From Promethearchaeati archaeon SRVP18_Atabeyarchaeia-1 (GTDB lineage: Archaea; Asgardarchaeota; Atabeyarchaeia; Atabeyarchaeales; Atabeyarchaeaceae), in assembly GCA_037308085.1 (NCBI GenBank), contig CP147779.1:2688001-2752000 (forward strand): a stretch of DNA of 64,000 nucleotides, read 5' to 3'. Each line of letters starts with the position of its first letter. Position 1 is the first letter of the stretch. Shown here piece after piece: positions 39,340 through 53,257 of this stretch. Under the pieces are notes generated by a model. It was given only the letters and a program-made list of their open reading frames with translations, made no database searches and was not told where the DNA came from. The translations under genes were made by a program, and so were the position numbers.

Positions 39340-40452
39340 TTATGCGAGCTTTCTAAGCACTGCTCTGACGAGCCCCATTGTGCCTGTCATCATGACATCT
39401 CCGGCAGGGGCGGCAAAGTGAATGGGTATCCTCGTCTCAGTCATGACAGACCTGTTGGGGCCCGTGACAGCGAATATCCCTACTCTTCTTGAAGAGAATT
39501 GTTGCACCCCGCCTGCTCTAGCTTTCAAATAGAATGCGCCGTGCCCGCCGTCCTTGAACACATCTTCGCCCTTGATATTCCCCTTAGCGAAGTCTCGCAG
39601 TAACCGCTCCAACTTCTTAGGTTTGTAACGGAGCATCTCCGTATGGTGCTCCATTAGACCCAATACGCGTTCATCCTGAACTAAAGCAGCTAGCGTGTGT
39701 CCGTTACCCACGTTGACTGCCAAGATTCTATGACTCTTTACTACGACGGGATCCTCCAAGCAACCAAGTACAGCGCTCAGCGCCGTGTCCATCACGACGG
39801 GTGTTGCATTCGGAAGTTGCTTCTTGCAAGCATCAAGGGCTGAGCGCATCCTCATGAAGCATTCAGGTACCTCTGCTTCTTCAAACGCTAGTGCCTCCAT
39901 ATGGGGATTCTTTTCCAAGAGCTCCTGCATTTTTCGCATCCTGAATCTCCTGTTACTCTCGCCTGGCGGCTGGGCGCCGTGATCTTGCACGGCTACTGCA
40001 ACCACATCTATGTCCTGAGGGTTAGTACCTAGTTCGGATAGAAACTTGGTGATCTTTGTCGCGTTGATTTCCTCGAAGCTGATAAGTGTGCCACTGTGCT
40101 TTGAGAGCTCGGATTCGTCTTTCACGGTCTCAATGCCCATAGAGCGAACTTCGTCCAAGTTGTTTCTAATCGTCATAGCTGCCTTCTCGGTCATGGCAAC
40201 TTTCAGACCGCTCGCAAGATGCTTCTTCAGCGCGGCTGTGATTGCGCTGCCACCTATAATGTCACCACCGACAATGATATTCTGCTTTTTGCCAGTGAGC
40301 TCCTCGGCCTTGCTGGCGTAGACCAGAGTTGGTGATGGGAGAACCATCTTGATGCAGTTCTCAACGATCCTTGAATCATCATAAAGGAGGACATCTTCGG
40401 TTCCAGCGCCTATATCGATAGACAAGATCTTCAGAGTTACACCATCCCTCAA
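39340..40452 (-). CDS. DUF1786 family protein
   Basis: DIGAGTEDVL, PSPT, AVQDHG, NVGNGHT, EHHT, GGHG, GDVMMTG. Confidence 0.85.
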   Translation of the reverse strand: MRDGVTLKILSIDIGAGTEDVLLYDDSRIVENCIKMVLPSPTLVYASKAEELTGKKQNIIVGGDIIGGSAITAALKKHLASGLKVAMTEKAAMTIRNNLDEVRSMGIETVKDESELSKHSGTLISFEEINATKITKFLSELGTNPQDIDVVAVAVQDHGAQPPGESNRRFRMRKMQELLEKNPHMEALAFEEAEVPECFMRMRSALDACKKQLPNATPVVMDTALSAVLGCLEDPVVVKSHRILAVNVGNGHTLAALVQDERVLGLMEHHTEMLRYKPKKLERLLRDFAKGNIKGEDVFKDGGHGAFYLKARAGGVQQFSSRRVGIFAVTGPNRSVMTETRIPIHFAAPAGDVMMTGTMGLVRAVLRKLA

Positions 40453-40474
40453 CTACGTCTCAGCAGAAAAGGAT

Positions 40475-41002
40475 CTAAAGGCTCTCTTTGTGAATAAGTT
40501 CTGACAGCTTCCGCCGAGGAGTAGGCCTAGGTGTCTCCTTTGAATATCCGATTGGTAGAACGGCTTCGGGCTTGAAGCCTTTGCTCATATCCGCGCCGAT
40601 GGCCTCTGCAACGGCTGCATCATCATACGCGCCGACCCAGCAAGTGGATAGCCCCAGAGCCGTAGCAGCAAGTTGCATGTAGGAAGCTGCTATGGTGGAA
40701 TCTTGAATGGCGTACAAATCGCTTCCGCGCTTGCCGTATTTCGTTGCTGATCTCTTCTGATTAGCTAAGACGACAAGCACAACGGGGGCCTGTGCTATGA
40801 AAGTCTGTCCATGGGCCGCACCACTTATTGCTACCTTCTGCCTTTTGCTTTTGACTACAACGATCTCATAAGCTTGCAGGTTGCCTGCAGAAGGAGCGGC
40901 GTTTCCAGCCTCAAGCACCTTTTGAAGTTTCTCTTCCTCGACTTCCTTGTCGAGATAGGCTCTAGTGGACCTTCGCTTCTCAATAACCTCAAAGAAATCC
41001 AA
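40475..41002 (-). CDS. Nitroreductase family protein
   Basis: RRSTRAY, APSAGNLQ, GL.TCWVG, IGY; start uncertain. Confidence 0.9.
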   Translation of the reverse strand: MDFFEVIEKRRSTRAYLDKEVEEEKLQKVLEAGNAAPSAGNLQAYEIVVVKSKRQKVAISGAAHGQTFIAQAPVVLVVLANQKRSATKYGKRGSDLYAIQDSTIAASYMQLAATALGLSTCWVGAYDDAAVAEAIGADMSKGFKPEAVLPIGYSKETPRPTPRRKLSELIHKESL

Positions 41003-41356
41003 TTTCTTGACAACCCCAGTTTTGCATGACATGATAGGAACGCTTGTGAATAAAAAGATACTTGTCCGACAAAGATCGTCGGGCAATTCAACCCTGGCCC
41101 CGAAAGTCCATTCAAGACAGCCGTCTTCTAATCTGTCGCTGGGGGTGCTTATCTACGTTGGCAACGCAATCAAACGTCGTCGCGCTAACAAGAAGATGCC
41201 GGAGTCGCACTGACAATTCGGCAGGGGCAGAATTACTCGGTATGTGAGCTTCGATCACGAACCTATATCTCGCAGGTCGCACTTAACAGTGGATCAGCGT
41301 GATGCGCATGAGTTCTCTCTGCTTATCCAGCGATCTTTTAAGGCGGTAAATCTCCT

Positions 41357-41845
41357 ATGATTTGCGGACTCCAAGTGGAGAAAGAGGAGGGATCTCGAGG
41401 CTTGGAAGAAGAGAAGTTGATAGGGAGCGTTGCCAGCATGTGGCTGAAGAGGGAGCATTTTGAAATGCCCGGCTATGGTGTTTACGCTACAAGCAAGAGG
41501 TTAATTGGAATTGAGCTCAAGAAGGTCATTGCCAAAAGCATAGCCAAGAACGCAGTGCTGGGTGCACCTATGCGTGCCTACGCTAAGGGAAAAGCAACGG
41601 CAGAGGCAAATAGCCCCAAGACGCTTCAGGAGCTTGAAGGTAGCAGAAAGGACTTCGAGATAGGGAGAGAGCAAATTTCCAGGATAGAGCTCACAAGACC
41701 TGGCACCTTCAGGGGAGGTCATCTCAGGATTCTTGACAAGTCTGGACATGAAATCGGGATAATTATTGGCGGCAAGAAGGAGTATGAGTCCCTAGGCGAG
41801 CTAATGAAAGCATTTCTTCCTGATGTGGTGACGATCAAAGAATGA
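41357..41845 (+). CDS. Hypothetical protein (possibly PH-like fold)
   Basis: Y..Y.TSKRLI and F.I....I..IEL patterns. Confidence 0.55.
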   Translation: MICGLQVEKEEGSRGLEEEKLIGSVASMWLKREHFEMPGYGVYATSKRLIGIELKKVIAKSIAKNAVLGAPMRAYAKGKATAEANSPKTLQELEGSRKDFEIGREQISRIELTRPGTFRGGHLRILDKSGHEIGIIIGGKKEYESLGELMKAFLPDVVTIKE

Positions 41846-41936
41846 GACGGTAGAAAAGAGTGGATCGAGTGGAATAGCTCTCCAATTGCTAAGGGTGTCT
41901 TGGAAGAGAGCCAGCTGGGTGGAAATCGCGCCAACT

Positions 41937-44636
<2,700 letters not shown>

Positions 44637-45008
44637 ACCAAATCACCAGATCAGGTTGTTCGCCAGAAAAAGCATCATGCAGAATCACATTGTAATTGCG
44701 ATTAATTGATTTCAAGAATCAAACAGAGTTGATTAGTCATCTTCCGCACTGCTTAATCAATCGGAATAGTGGGACTAGGCAAGTTTTTAAGTCTTTCTAG
44801 ATACGATGAGTCGCCCTCATGCGTAGCTTCTGGGCGGTCGAACAATGGAGCTGGCGTCTCCGCAGCCGAAGAAAGCTGCCTGACTTGGTGCACAAGAGCT
44901 GATGGATAACCTTAAAAAACGACGACAATCACAATACTCTTCCGAGATGTAAAATGGATATCAAACTACCAATTCGGGGTAGAAAAATGCTTTCGAGGTA
45001 AGTGAAAA

Positions 45009-45704
45009 ATGTCCAAGGTAGAGATGAGTTCCCATTTGCTAAGTAGAGCAGCACTCCTCAGCTATGTGATGGGTGCACTGGTGCTTGTTCTTGACGTCGC
45101 TTTGTTTGCCTGGGTGTTCACCGTTGCGTTGCCATATTCATCAGCGTCGGCGCAATTGAGCCTGGAGACTTTCGTCACGATTCTCTGGGTAGTTCTGATC
45201 CTGCTCCCGATCACCATACTCGTGTCAGCGTTCTTTGGCTACTACAGCAGAAAGGTTGGAGACACGTATAACGCAAGCTCGTTGAAGTTGGCTGGACTAA
45301 TGGCGATTCTTCTTGCAGTCGTCGCGATTCCAGTAGCTGTCGGCATTTATGGATTCGTCGCAATACTACAGGCATTCGCTTCTCCTCCAGGTAGCATCAT
45401 TATGGTCTTCATTCAGCTAATAGTCGGTATAGGGCTAGCTTTAGCTTTTCTTGCGTTGTTCGTCCTCTTGGCTCTCGTGCTACTTGTGGTTCTTGGTCTA
45501 GTCTTCGAGGTTTCACTCTTCACTGGGCTTTCCAGCATGTACGAGGTGACGGGTATAGGTGAGTTCAAGACGGCCAAGTGGCTGGTGCTCGCCGGCATAT
45601 TTGTCCTAATCCCGCTGCCAATAGGGATACTCTTTTACGCAAGAGGTCTAAGCAAGCTGTCCAGAGGAGAGAAGACGGGGAAAGGTTCTGGCAAGTCGAC
45701 ATAG
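45009..45704 (+). CDS. Membrane protein (DUF996/DUF973-like), paralog 1
   Basis: About 6 transmembrane helices; shares FGYYS.K.G, LKLAG, TGI..F.TA.WL and GLSKL.R with the next gene. Confidence 0.65.
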   Translation: MSKVEMSSHLLSRAALLSYVMGALVLVLDVALFAWVFTVALPYSSASAQLSLETFVTILWVVLILLPITILVSAFFGYYSRKVGDTYNASSLKLAGLMAILLAVVAIPVAVGIYGFVAILQAFASPPGSIIMVFIQLIVGIGLALAFLALFVLLALVLLVVLGLVFEVSLFTGLSSMYEVTGIGEFKTAKWLVLAGIFVLIPLPIGILFYARGLSKLSRGEKTGKGSGKST

Positions 45705-45965
45705 GTGATAGTGCGGGAAAGCATCGCTCCGCAAGCAGAACGTCTAGGACCGTAGGGTTGAGGGGTTAACTCAGCGCGCTACGGCTCTGCCTTTTTTTGA
45801 GAGCAACAGTATTTGGACCGTAGTGTGCTACTTCGAGCTTTCCGACTAGGTTGCCGGTGTTTGTCGCCATGAGCAGATTTTTAAGTCGAAATCATTCTAG
45901 ATAGCTCAGCAATCAAAATCGCTTATGGGTTAACGAAGAGAGGGGCCAAAGGAGATAGTGGAAAC

Positions 45966-46778
45966 TTGCCCAGAGGAGAAGTAGATACGACCGTACTGAG
46001 AAGGGCTTCGGCCTTCAGCTATCTGATGGGAGGTTGGCAGCTCCTGTCAGTCTTGGTGCTGCTAGGCATCGTGTTTGTGATGCTTTACCCTATACTATCA
46101 TTAATGACGCCAGGTTTCACTCCAAGCGTTGCTCTGATCTACCAGATTCTCGACTCCATAATTACGTCGATTACGATTGTAGGCGCGATTACTATTCCAA
46201 TCACATTGTTCTTTGGGTATTACTCGTACAAAGCTGGTCAACTGTGCGGGGTGGGCACGCTCAAGTTAGCAGGTTTCTCTAGCATAATCATGGCTCTTGG
46301 CTACCCGATGGTAGTAGCTGGAATCTACCAGTTGATGTCAACCCTTCTTTCTATGATGCCGACCCCACCCCCGAATGCCTACCAAATAATCATGGGCTCA
46401 GTTGGACTGCTCGCGCTGGGTGCATTGATCGTAGGCGGGTTCTACTTGATATTCTTCTTCTCATTCATAATTGCGGCATCAGCGATGAAGAACCGAACTG
46501 GGATAAATGATTTCGGCACGGCGATGTGGCTGTCAATTGTGGGGCTATTCATTCCTTTCATCTTCCCCATAGGACTTCTCTTGTTCGGCTCTGGCCTCAG
46601 CAAGCTTGCGAGGCAAGGGGAACCAACGCCAACCGGAGCGGCCGCACCAGCGGCACCAGTGGCACCTGCCAAGGCGCCTGTAAGGCGCGAGACGATGTAC
46701 TGCCCATACTGCGGTGCGAGGGTGGACCCTGACGCGATTTTCTGCCAATCTTGTGGCTCTAGCCTCAGAAAAGAATAG
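45966..46778 (+). CDS. Membrane protein with a C-terminal zinc ribbon, paralog 2
   Basis: Transmembrane helices, Pro/Ala linker, CPYCG......FCQSCG. Confidence 0.75.
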   Translation: MPRGEVDTTVLRRASAFSYLMGGWQLLSVLVLLGIVFVMLYPILSLMTPGFTPSVALIYQILDSIITSITIVGAITIPITLFFGYYSYKAGQLCGVGTLKLAGFSSIIMALGYPMVVAGIYQLMSTLLSMMPTPPPNAYQIIMGSVGLLALGALIVGGFYLIFFFSFIIAASAMKNRTGINDFGTAMWLSIVGLFIPFIFPIGLLLFGSGLSKLARQGEPTPTGAAAPAAPVAPAKAPVRRETMYCPYCGARVDPDAIFCQSCGSSLRKE

Positions 46779-46902
46779 TGAATAAGACCCTAGCCCGGCA
46801 GCTCCCCTCCTCCTCTTTATTCTGTGAAAAGGAGAAAGGCATAACACACAAAGAGTTGAGATCAGAAAAGGTTCGCAGGTTGGGGAAGCGAGTATCTCGC
46901 TT

Positions 46903-47802
46903 CTACACCAGCTGGAATTTCCTTATGTTTTCGTCGGCGATCATCTGAATTCGCTTGATTTCTTCTGCGCCGCCTTCTTTCTGGAAGAGGTGTCTGTATC
47001 TGCCCTGGATCTTAAGGTATTCTTCGACGGGTTTGGCGACACCTATTTTCATAACTGATGCCAACCGCCCGTTCTCCATTTCATATATCGGGTAAAGCCC
47101 CGTCTGCTGCGCAAGCCTAGCGACGGTTATGGTCTGCGCCGGGTCATAGTACCACCCAAGTGGACACGGAACGTGCACCTGAACATATTTCGGTCCAGTA
47201 ATGGATAGAGCCTTCCGGACCTTCTTCTCAATGTCCTTCGGATATGCAACTGACGTCGTGGCAACGTATGGAACACCGTGCGCAACGGCTATCGCGGGAA
47301 GGTCCTTCTTCTCGGTAATGTTGCCGAAACTCGCTGAGCCTGAGGGGGTGGTGGTTGTCCGGGAATCCAGAGGTGTCAGGCTGCTGCGCTGTATCCCCGT
47401 GTTCATGTAGGCCTCATTATCATAGCACACGTATAGCACGTCGTGCTTTCTTTCCAGCATTCCACTAAGCGCGCCCATGCCTATGTCCGCGGTTCCACCG
47501 TCTCCTCCCTGAGCTATTACCTTAGCTTCATCCTTTCTGCCAAGAGCCTTCAAGGCTGCTTCTATCCCAGATGCCACTGCTGCAGCGTTCTCAAACAGAG
47601 AATGAATCCAGGGAATCTCCCAGGAAGACTGCGGGTCACGGGTTGTGAAAACTTCTAAGCATCCTGTGGCATTTGCAACTATCGTATTCGGACCTGCAGC
47701 ATTCAAGACTAATCTTGCGCCAAGTGACTGCCCGCAGCCCATGCAAGCCGTGTGCCCAGGAGCGAGCAAGTTCTTTGCCTCCACTTTTTCGGCTGTCGCC
47801 AT
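46903..47802 (-). CDS. porB: Pyruvate/2-oxoacid:ferredoxin oxidoreductase beta subunit
   Basis: [35 protein letters not shown]. Confidence 0.93.
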   Translation of the reverse strand: MATAEKVEAKNLLAPGHTACMGCGQSLGARLVLNAAGPNTIVANATGCLEVFTTRDPQSSWEIPWIHSLFENAAAVASGIEAALKALGRKDEAKVIAQGGDGGTADIGMGALSGMLERKHDVLYVCYDNEAYMNTGIQRSSLTPLDSRTTTTPSGSASFGNITEKKDLPAIAVAHGVPYVATTSVAYPKDIEKKVRKALSITGPKYVQVHVPCPLGWYYDPAQTITVARLAQQTGLYPIYEMENGRLASVMKIGVAKPVEEYLKIQGRYRHLFQKEGGAEEIKRIQMIADENIRKFQLV

Positions 47803-47807
47803 GATTT

Positions 47808-49040
47808 CTAGTCACCTCCACTGAGCAGTTCCTTGTCGAGGTCGACAAAGCCCAGCTCGACCGGTTGTTTCTCTGCTTGTTCCACAGCTCCAAGTATCGA
47901 GCTTTCCGTGATGTCTCTTCCTCCAAGTCCGATTATGAAGTTGCTTATGTTGCTCGGAGCATTCCTAGACTTCGCATCGAAAATTGACTTTATCTCAGAG
48001 CAGAGAATTCCTCCTTTGCCAAGGGATATAGCCTTCTCGAATATGATGAGGTTCTTCGCTCCCTTGAGCGTCTCGTGAAGCCTCTCCTTAGGGAAGGGTC
48101 TAAACGCTCTGACTTTTACGACGCCGATCTTCCCACCCTTGCTTCTCAGTTTGTCAACTACATCCTTCATGGTTCCCACCATCGACCCCATGCCGACAAG
48201 CAGGGTCTCCGCGTCATCAGCCCGGTACTTATCGATTAACCCGCCATAGTATCTTCCAAACTTCTCTCTGAAGTCGTTGGCCACTCCCTCGATCTTGTCC
48301 TTTGCGAGTTCCATGGTCTGCTGAATCTGGTACCTCATTTCCATGTATCTCTCGGGACCGACCATCGCTCCAATTGTCAGCGGGTTCTTTGTGGTCAAGT
48401 AGTACTTCGGCCTGTACGGTGGGAGAAACGCGTCAACGTCTTTCTGATCTGGAACACTGACTGGCTCGTAAGCATGTGTCAGTACAAAGCCGTCCATGCA
48501 GACCATTACTGGCAGCATTATATCCTTGTCTTCGCCGATCTTGTACGCCTGGATTTGCATGTCGCTTGCCTCCTGGTTGTTCTCTGCGAAGACCTGGATC
48601 CAGCCGCTGTCCCTGGCAGTTACCGCGTCCTGGTGGTCGTTCCATATGTTTATTGGTGCAGATACTGACCTATTGGCACACGTCAGGCTCACAGGTAGTC
48701 TCAGACCCGCTATATTGTACAGGACTTCAAGCATGAGTAGAAATCCCTGAGAGGTTGTGGCGGTGTAGGTTCGAGCACCCGTTGCGCTTGCACCCAGAAC
48801 GACGGAAGCCGCGGAGTGTTCGCTTTCGACGTTAACGAACTCGGTTTTCAGCTCACCATCAGCGACAATTTGCGCCAAGTTCTCGACTATGTGGGTCTGT
48901 GGTGTAATAGGGTAAGCGGAAATCACATTCGGCTTACACAGTTTCACGAACTCGGCCACAGCCTTGGATCCTTCCCACATAAACGTTCTGGAATTACCCT
49001 TCACTTGACTAGATTTTGCCGGGCTTGCCATAATAGACAT
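47808..49040 (-). CDS. porA: Pyruvate/2-oxoacid:ferredoxin oxidoreductase alpha subunit
   Basis: [36 protein letters not shown]. Confidence 0.93.
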   Translation of the reverse strand: MSIMASPAKSSQVKGNSRTFMWEGSKAVAEFVKLCKPNVISAYPITPQTHIVENLAQIVADGELKTEFVNVESEHSAASVVLGASATGARTYTATTSQGFLLMLEVLYNIAGLRLPVSLTCANRSVSAPINIWNDHQDAVTARDSGWIQVFAENNQEASDMQIQAYKIGEDKDIMLPVMVCMDGFVLTHAYEPVSVPDQKDVDAFLPPYRPKYYLTTKNPLTIGAMVGPERYMEMRYQIQQTMELAKDKIEGVANDFREKFGRYYGGLIDKYRADDAETLLVGMGSMVGTMKDVVDKLRSKGGKIGVVKVRAFRPFPKERLHETLKGAKNLIIFEKAISLGKGGILCSEIKSIFDAKSRNAPSNISNFIIGLGGRDITESSILGAVEQAEKQPVELGFVDLDKELLSGGD

Positions 49041-49069
49041 CTCCCGCGGAATCGCGATTCTACTTCATC

Positions 49070-49357
49070 CTACCTTTTTTCCGGCTTCATCTCCAATGCC
49101 TTGACCGGGCATACTACGGCGCATATGCCGCAACCCTTGCAGTAGTCTAGATCAACTTCATACTTGTTCTTCTTGTCGACCTTAATGACTCCCTCTGGGC
49201 AGTAGAGTACGCACAGTGTGCATGCAGTGCACTTGTTCTTATCGCAGACTGGGTACTGTGTTCTCCAGCTGCCTGTCTTGTTAGCTCTGCTACTTCCCGG
49301 TTTCGCAGCAACCGAGACTGGGATCTTCTTCTGAGTCGTCTTGATTTTTGCGCTCAT
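49070..49357 (-). CDS. porD: Oxidoreductase delta subunit (2x[4Fe-4S])
   Basis: KTGSWR, CxxCxxCxxxCP twice, DYCKGCGICA. Confidence 0.93.
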   Translation of the reverse strand: MSAKIKTTQKKIPVSVAAKPGSSRANKTGSWRTQYPVCDKNKCTACTLCVLYCPEGVIKVDKKNKYEVDLDYCKGCGICAVVCPVKALEMKPEKR

Positions 49358-49911
49358 TTTTCCGATCGCCTCACAAAATCGTAGGCAGTCTGGGCGGCTT
49401 TGGCATTCTTTTCACCAAGTTCGCCGGGGAACCTCTCCTTTATACATCGTTCTATCGATTCAAGCTTGATCAGGTTGGTAGCCGCCGCAAAGGCACCCAT
49501 TAAGGCGGTGTTGGGAATAGGGCGGCCGATTATCTTCATGGCTATCTCGGTCGCTGGAACAGTTATGACTTTGCCTTTGGTCTGAATACTTAACTCGCTC
49601 GGCTTCTTCTCGGTGTTAATGATCACTAAGCCGTTGTCCTTCAACCCACGAAACACGTCCACCACGGCGATTACCGAGGGATCCTGAACTATAACGTAGT
49701 CTGGGTTAGTTATCTGGCTCCGTGATCGTATCGGTTTGTCATCTATTTTGACGAACGATTCCACAGGAGCACCCATGCGCTCAGAGCCAAAGCTTGGGAA
49801 CGCTTGAGCTACCTTACCATCTACGAAGGCAGCTACGGCGAGAAGCTCGGCTGCGGTGACCACGCCCTGCCCACCGCGACCGTGCAATCGAACTTCTATC
49901 AGCTCTATCAA
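49354..49911 (-). CDS. porG: Oxidoreductase gamma subunit
   Basis: HGRGGQG.VT, FG.ER.GAP, PNT..MGA. Confidence 0.93.
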   Translation of the reverse strand: MIELIEVRLHGRGGQGVVTAAELLAVAAFVDGKVAQAFPSFGSERMGAPVESFVKIDDKPIRSRSQITNPDYVIVQDPSVIAVVDVFRGLKDNGLVIINTEKKPSELSIQTKGKVITVPATEIAMKIIGRPIPNTALMGAFAAATNLIKLESIERCIKERFPGELGEKNAKAAQTAYDFVRRSEK

Positions 49912-50218
49912 CCCCTAAGACAGTAAAAATCCTATACTGCAAGTAATGACACGAATGTAAAGCCAGTAGCTTAACCTTAAGGTTTATCCTTCAATACCAA
50001 AAGAAAAACGTGATATGTCTCTGTAACACACGCAGAAACGCTCTTAAAAAGATGGTTAAGTGTAAACAGATCGTACAATCACCTAAAAACCAGAAACCAG
50101 GTTGGCTAGGCTACGACAAAAGAGAAGGAGGGAGGGCTCTCAGTGGAGAACTGCCGAGGCCTCCAATCCCCCCATATGCATTTCCTGGTTTCGGCTCTCT
50201 TCTTACTAGGTCTGCAGG

Positions 50219-51157
50219 TCAGTTGATCTCTAGTTCCCTCCGACTTAGCACGGAGTATATTACAACCATGGCAATTACCGCGACGACTGCTATCTCCAGC
50301 AGTAAGTCGAGGGATATCCTTGGACCCCCTAGTGCAACTCCAATTGCTCTACCTTCGACAGTCAACGTGTGCAGCGATGCTGCCACAATGTTTACTGCCA
50401 AGTTAAGCGACTCAGCGGTTCTGCCCTTGAAGCCTGTCGGCCAGTCATTCACATTTGACCAGCCTGTGTTGAAGTTCGCGTTCATCCAAGTAGCAGTGTA
50501 TGTTCCTCCATTATCATTGTAGGTGTTCAAGCCAAGTGTGACTGATGCGTCATGGGCGGAGATTGTCTCAAGTGTCCCATCAAAAGAGACAGAGAAAGTG
50601 CTCGCACCATAGCTACCAGTGACGCTATCCACTTGGCTCTCGAAGTTGCTGTGAGCGGTCGATGACTCGCCTGACATAACGTGCGCCCAGCAGCCCACGT
50701 CATCTATGTAGTGTGTCATTGCACCAGCGTACCATGCCGCCAGGGCTAATGAGCCATTGCTTCTTATGATGTTCAGGGCCTTCTGGTATTCCTCGCCTGC
50801 CCGATTGGCAGCTGAAGCATCAACGCATGTTGTGCCGGAGTAGTAGTTATGATGGTGTGTCGTATCGCCATATCCATTATGCCCTTCGAATAATGCGTTG
50901 CCATTGTCAGGGGCCTCAGTTCCATAGATAAAGGCATTCTTGTTTTGAGACAGCCAACCTGACTCGTTGGCCGGTAACAACATAATTGCGTGCTCCGCTA
51001 TCCAATCATGTGAGCCATAGTCTGGGTTGTTAGGGTCGCTGCTGTAACCGCCGTTCGACCAAGCCATTGCGTTATGACCTGAAATCAGTACACCAGAAGC
51101 AATCAGCCCGAATAAGGCGAGGCTGGTGATCTTGAGCCAAGATTCTCGATCCGCCAA
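50219..51157 (-). CDS. Secreted zinc-dependent phospholipase C / S1-P1 nuclease family protein
   Basis: Signal peptide, W start, HDW, PD, HH, HY..D...H, H..FE; C-terminal transmembrane helix. Confidence 0.8.
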   Translation of the reverse strand: MADRESWLKITSLALFGLIASGVLISGHNAMAWSNGGYSSDPNNPDYGSHDWIAEHAIMLLPANESGWLSQNKNAFIYGTEAPDNGNALFEGHNGYGDTTHHHNYYSGTTCVDASAANRAGEEYQKALNIIRSNGSLALAAWYAGAMTHYIDDVGCWAHVMSGESSTAHSNFESQVDSVTGSYGASTFSVSFDGTLETISAHDASVTLGLNTYNDNGGTYTATWMNANFNTGWSNVNDWPTGFKGRTAESLNLAVNIVAASLHTLTVEGRAIGVALGGPRISLDLLLEIAVVAVIAMVVIYSVLSRRELEIN

Positions 51158-51283
51158 ATAAGATTGGCACCTACCAGATCTGCGGATAACGACCTATAAC
51201 TGCATGAAGATGCCTTGTTGAGAACTATATAAGAGTTCCCAGTCTCTGCTCTTCAGGCCATCGCGGAAAAGACCTGTGTCCTT

Positions 51284-51718
51284 CTAGTCCTCGCCAACCA
51301 CTGATACAGTGAACTCGCGGTACTGCGGTCCGTCAAACTCGAGGAAGAATACGGATTGCCTTTGGCCAATTACAAGCTTCCCATCTTGTAATGGTATGAG
51401 TGTGTGGTTTCCAGCTAATACGCTTCTAAGGTGACTTGGAGCGTTCACGCCCAGTCGCCCGTCGAAATCCAGGTACCTGGCGTGCCGATAGCTTCCTTCA
51501 TCAGGTACAAGGTTCTTGAGAAGGCTCAATATGTCCTTTCGTATGCACTCCGCATCCTCGTTAACCGTTATTCCTGTTGTCGTATGCATTGTGATGACGA
51601 AGACCATGCCGTTGCCGATCTCTGATTCATCCACTGCTTGCTTGACGAGTCCATTGATGTTTACTATGTCTTGGAAGTCGCTCGTCTCGATCCCTATGCG
51701 TTTTGTGTACGTCTTCAA
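51284..51718 (-). CDS. YjbQ/UPF0047 family protein
   Basis: HTTTGITVNE, Y.H, NA.SHLR, G..Q...F.EFDGP..R. Confidence 0.9.
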   Translation of the reverse strand: MKTYTKRIGIETSDFQDIVNINGLVKQAVDESEIGNGMVFVITMHTTTGITVNEDAECIRKDILSLLKNLVPDEGSYRHARYLDFDGRLGVNAPSHLRSVLAGNHTLIPLQDGKLVIGQRQSVFFLEFDGPQYREFTVSVVGED

Positions 51719-51737
51719 CCTCCTACCTCCTCGCTTC

Positions 51738-52658
51738 TTAGCTGATGTTCCCGAGAAGTCTCAATGCGTTCCGACCAAAGATATTTTGCACGACGTCCTC
51801 TTCGTGTAGGACTCTCCTCAGAGCTTTGACCATCTTGTGCATCTCTATCCGCGGGTAGTTTGAGCCGAAGATTATCTTTCTGTGAAGGCTACGCTCGACC
51901 ACGGTTATCGGAATCTGCTTTGTGAAAACGTATTCCACGAATTCATTTGGGGTATCAGCGTAGAGACAAGAAGTGTCTAAGTAGATGTTCGGGTATTTCA
52001 GCGCAAGTGCGACAGAGTCAAGAACCCATGGCCAGCCCATATGAGCTATGACGAGGTTGAGCTTTGGGAAGTCATGGGCTACATCCTCAAGCAATCGCGG
52101 GTGGCTGTACTTCATCATCGCATCTGCCTCCCAGGTCATTCCTGAATGTATGACTGCGGGTATGCCGAGTTTAGAGGCTTTCTCGAAGATGGGGTACGCT
52201 TTCTCTTTGTCATTTGGGTAGAATTCTTGTAGACTTGGATCCAATTTCAAACCCCTCAGACCAAGATCCGAGATGGCCGTCCCGAGACTTTCAGCAGCAT
52301 CTTCGCTAAGGGGGTCGACGCTGGCGAATCCTATGAAGAAATCATTTTCTTTGACAAGGTCAGCGATCTGCTCGTTTGAGAATATCTTGCAGCCACGCGC
52401 TGTGGAGCAGTCTATCGGGAGCAGGACGCATTTATCTATTCCTGCGACCTTCATCTGCCTCTTGAAGGTTTCAATCGGCTGCAAAGTATTCTGAAGATTG
52501 AAAACCTTTCTTATTGCATTCTTCAGCTCCTCGGATTCTTCGACAACCTCTTCTATTAGAACAGGATGCGTGTGGAAGTCAATCATAAGAAGTGCCTCTG
52601 CAAACTCTTTGATATCTAACTGTAGCCGGTCGGCTGTTGGAATATTCAATAAGTCCAC
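51738..52658 (-). CDS. Amidohydrolase family 2 protein
   Basis: DFHTH, GLKL.P, IHSG, IAHMG.P, FGSNYP. Confidence 0.88.
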   Translation of the reverse strand: MDLLNIPTADRLQLDIKEFAEALLMIDFHTHPVLIEEVVEESEELKNAIRKVFNLQNTLQPIETFKRQMKVAGIDKCVLLPIDCSTARGCKIFSNEQIADLVKENDFFIGFASVDPLSEDAAESLGTAISDLGLRGLKLDPSLQEFYPNDKEKAYPIFEKASKLGIPAVIHSGMTWEADAMMKYSHPRLLEDVAHDFPKLNLVIAHMGWPWVLDSVALALKYPNIYLDTSCLYADTPNEFVEYVFTKQIPITVVERSLHRKIIFGSNYPRIEMHKMVKALRRVLHEEDVVQNIFGRNALRLLGNIS

Positions 52659-52747
52659 ACATAAGATAAGTCTAGTTGTTGGGTTTGCTGAAACAGTCGC
52701 GAAGAGGACCCGTTCTATGGAGTTTTCCCTTTAGTTTCGATCCTTTC

Positions 52748-53257
52748 CTATCTGGGTTTAACCGAGAACTTGCATGCGTCGTCTCCGCTTGCTATGCACT
52801 TGACTTCATGAACAATGTATTTCCGCTTGAATGCTTTCTCGTAGAGTGCCGTGATTATGCCGACTGCAATATAGTCAACCTTTCCCTTGACAGCGTATTC
52901 TTGAGCTATTGCGCTGTTCTTCAGAACAACCTCACCGCCGTCTGCTTCAGGATCCGCAGTGAATACTCCCCACCCCTTAACTGACAATTCCTCAAGGCAT
53001 GAACTTACTAGTTCCTTGCCAGTCGCAGTGGACCCCTCGAGTTCTTTGGAAGCAATGAGACCGCCGATCCTCGTCAGAACTACACCCACCGTGGCTGCGC
53101 TCATGTTTTCAGCTGAATATCTCAGCATCTGAACTACGCTAATGAGATCTTTGACTGCAACCCGTTGCTTGCCGGACATCATTCGTCCATCTTGTGGCAT
53201 TTGAAGCTTCTTTAGGAACTCCTTGAATTTCGCTCTGACCGATTCCTCCATTCTCAC
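52748..53257 (-). CDS. V4R domain protein
   Basis: GWG, G...., EVKCIASGDDACKF. Confidence 0.85.
   Translation of the reverse strand: MRMEESVRAKFKEFLKKLQMPQDGRMMSGKQRVAVKDLISVVQMLRYSAENMSAATVGVVLTRIGGLIASKELEGSTATGKELVSSCLEELSVKGWGVFTADPEADGGEVVLKNSAIAQEYAVKGKVDYIAVGIITALYEKAFKRKYIVHEVKCIASGDDACKFSVKPR

Noticed and set aside
41090-41350. Possible ncRNA or tRNA in intergenic gaps (also 44640-45000 and 63600-64000)
   Set aside because: No cloverleaf, rRNA or other recognisable structured-RNA motif found by eye; an Infernal/Rfam scan would be needed.
45009-46778. Tandem membrane paralogs as a variable cassette system
   Set aside because: Looks like an ordinary old duplication, with no flanking repeats or mobility genes.
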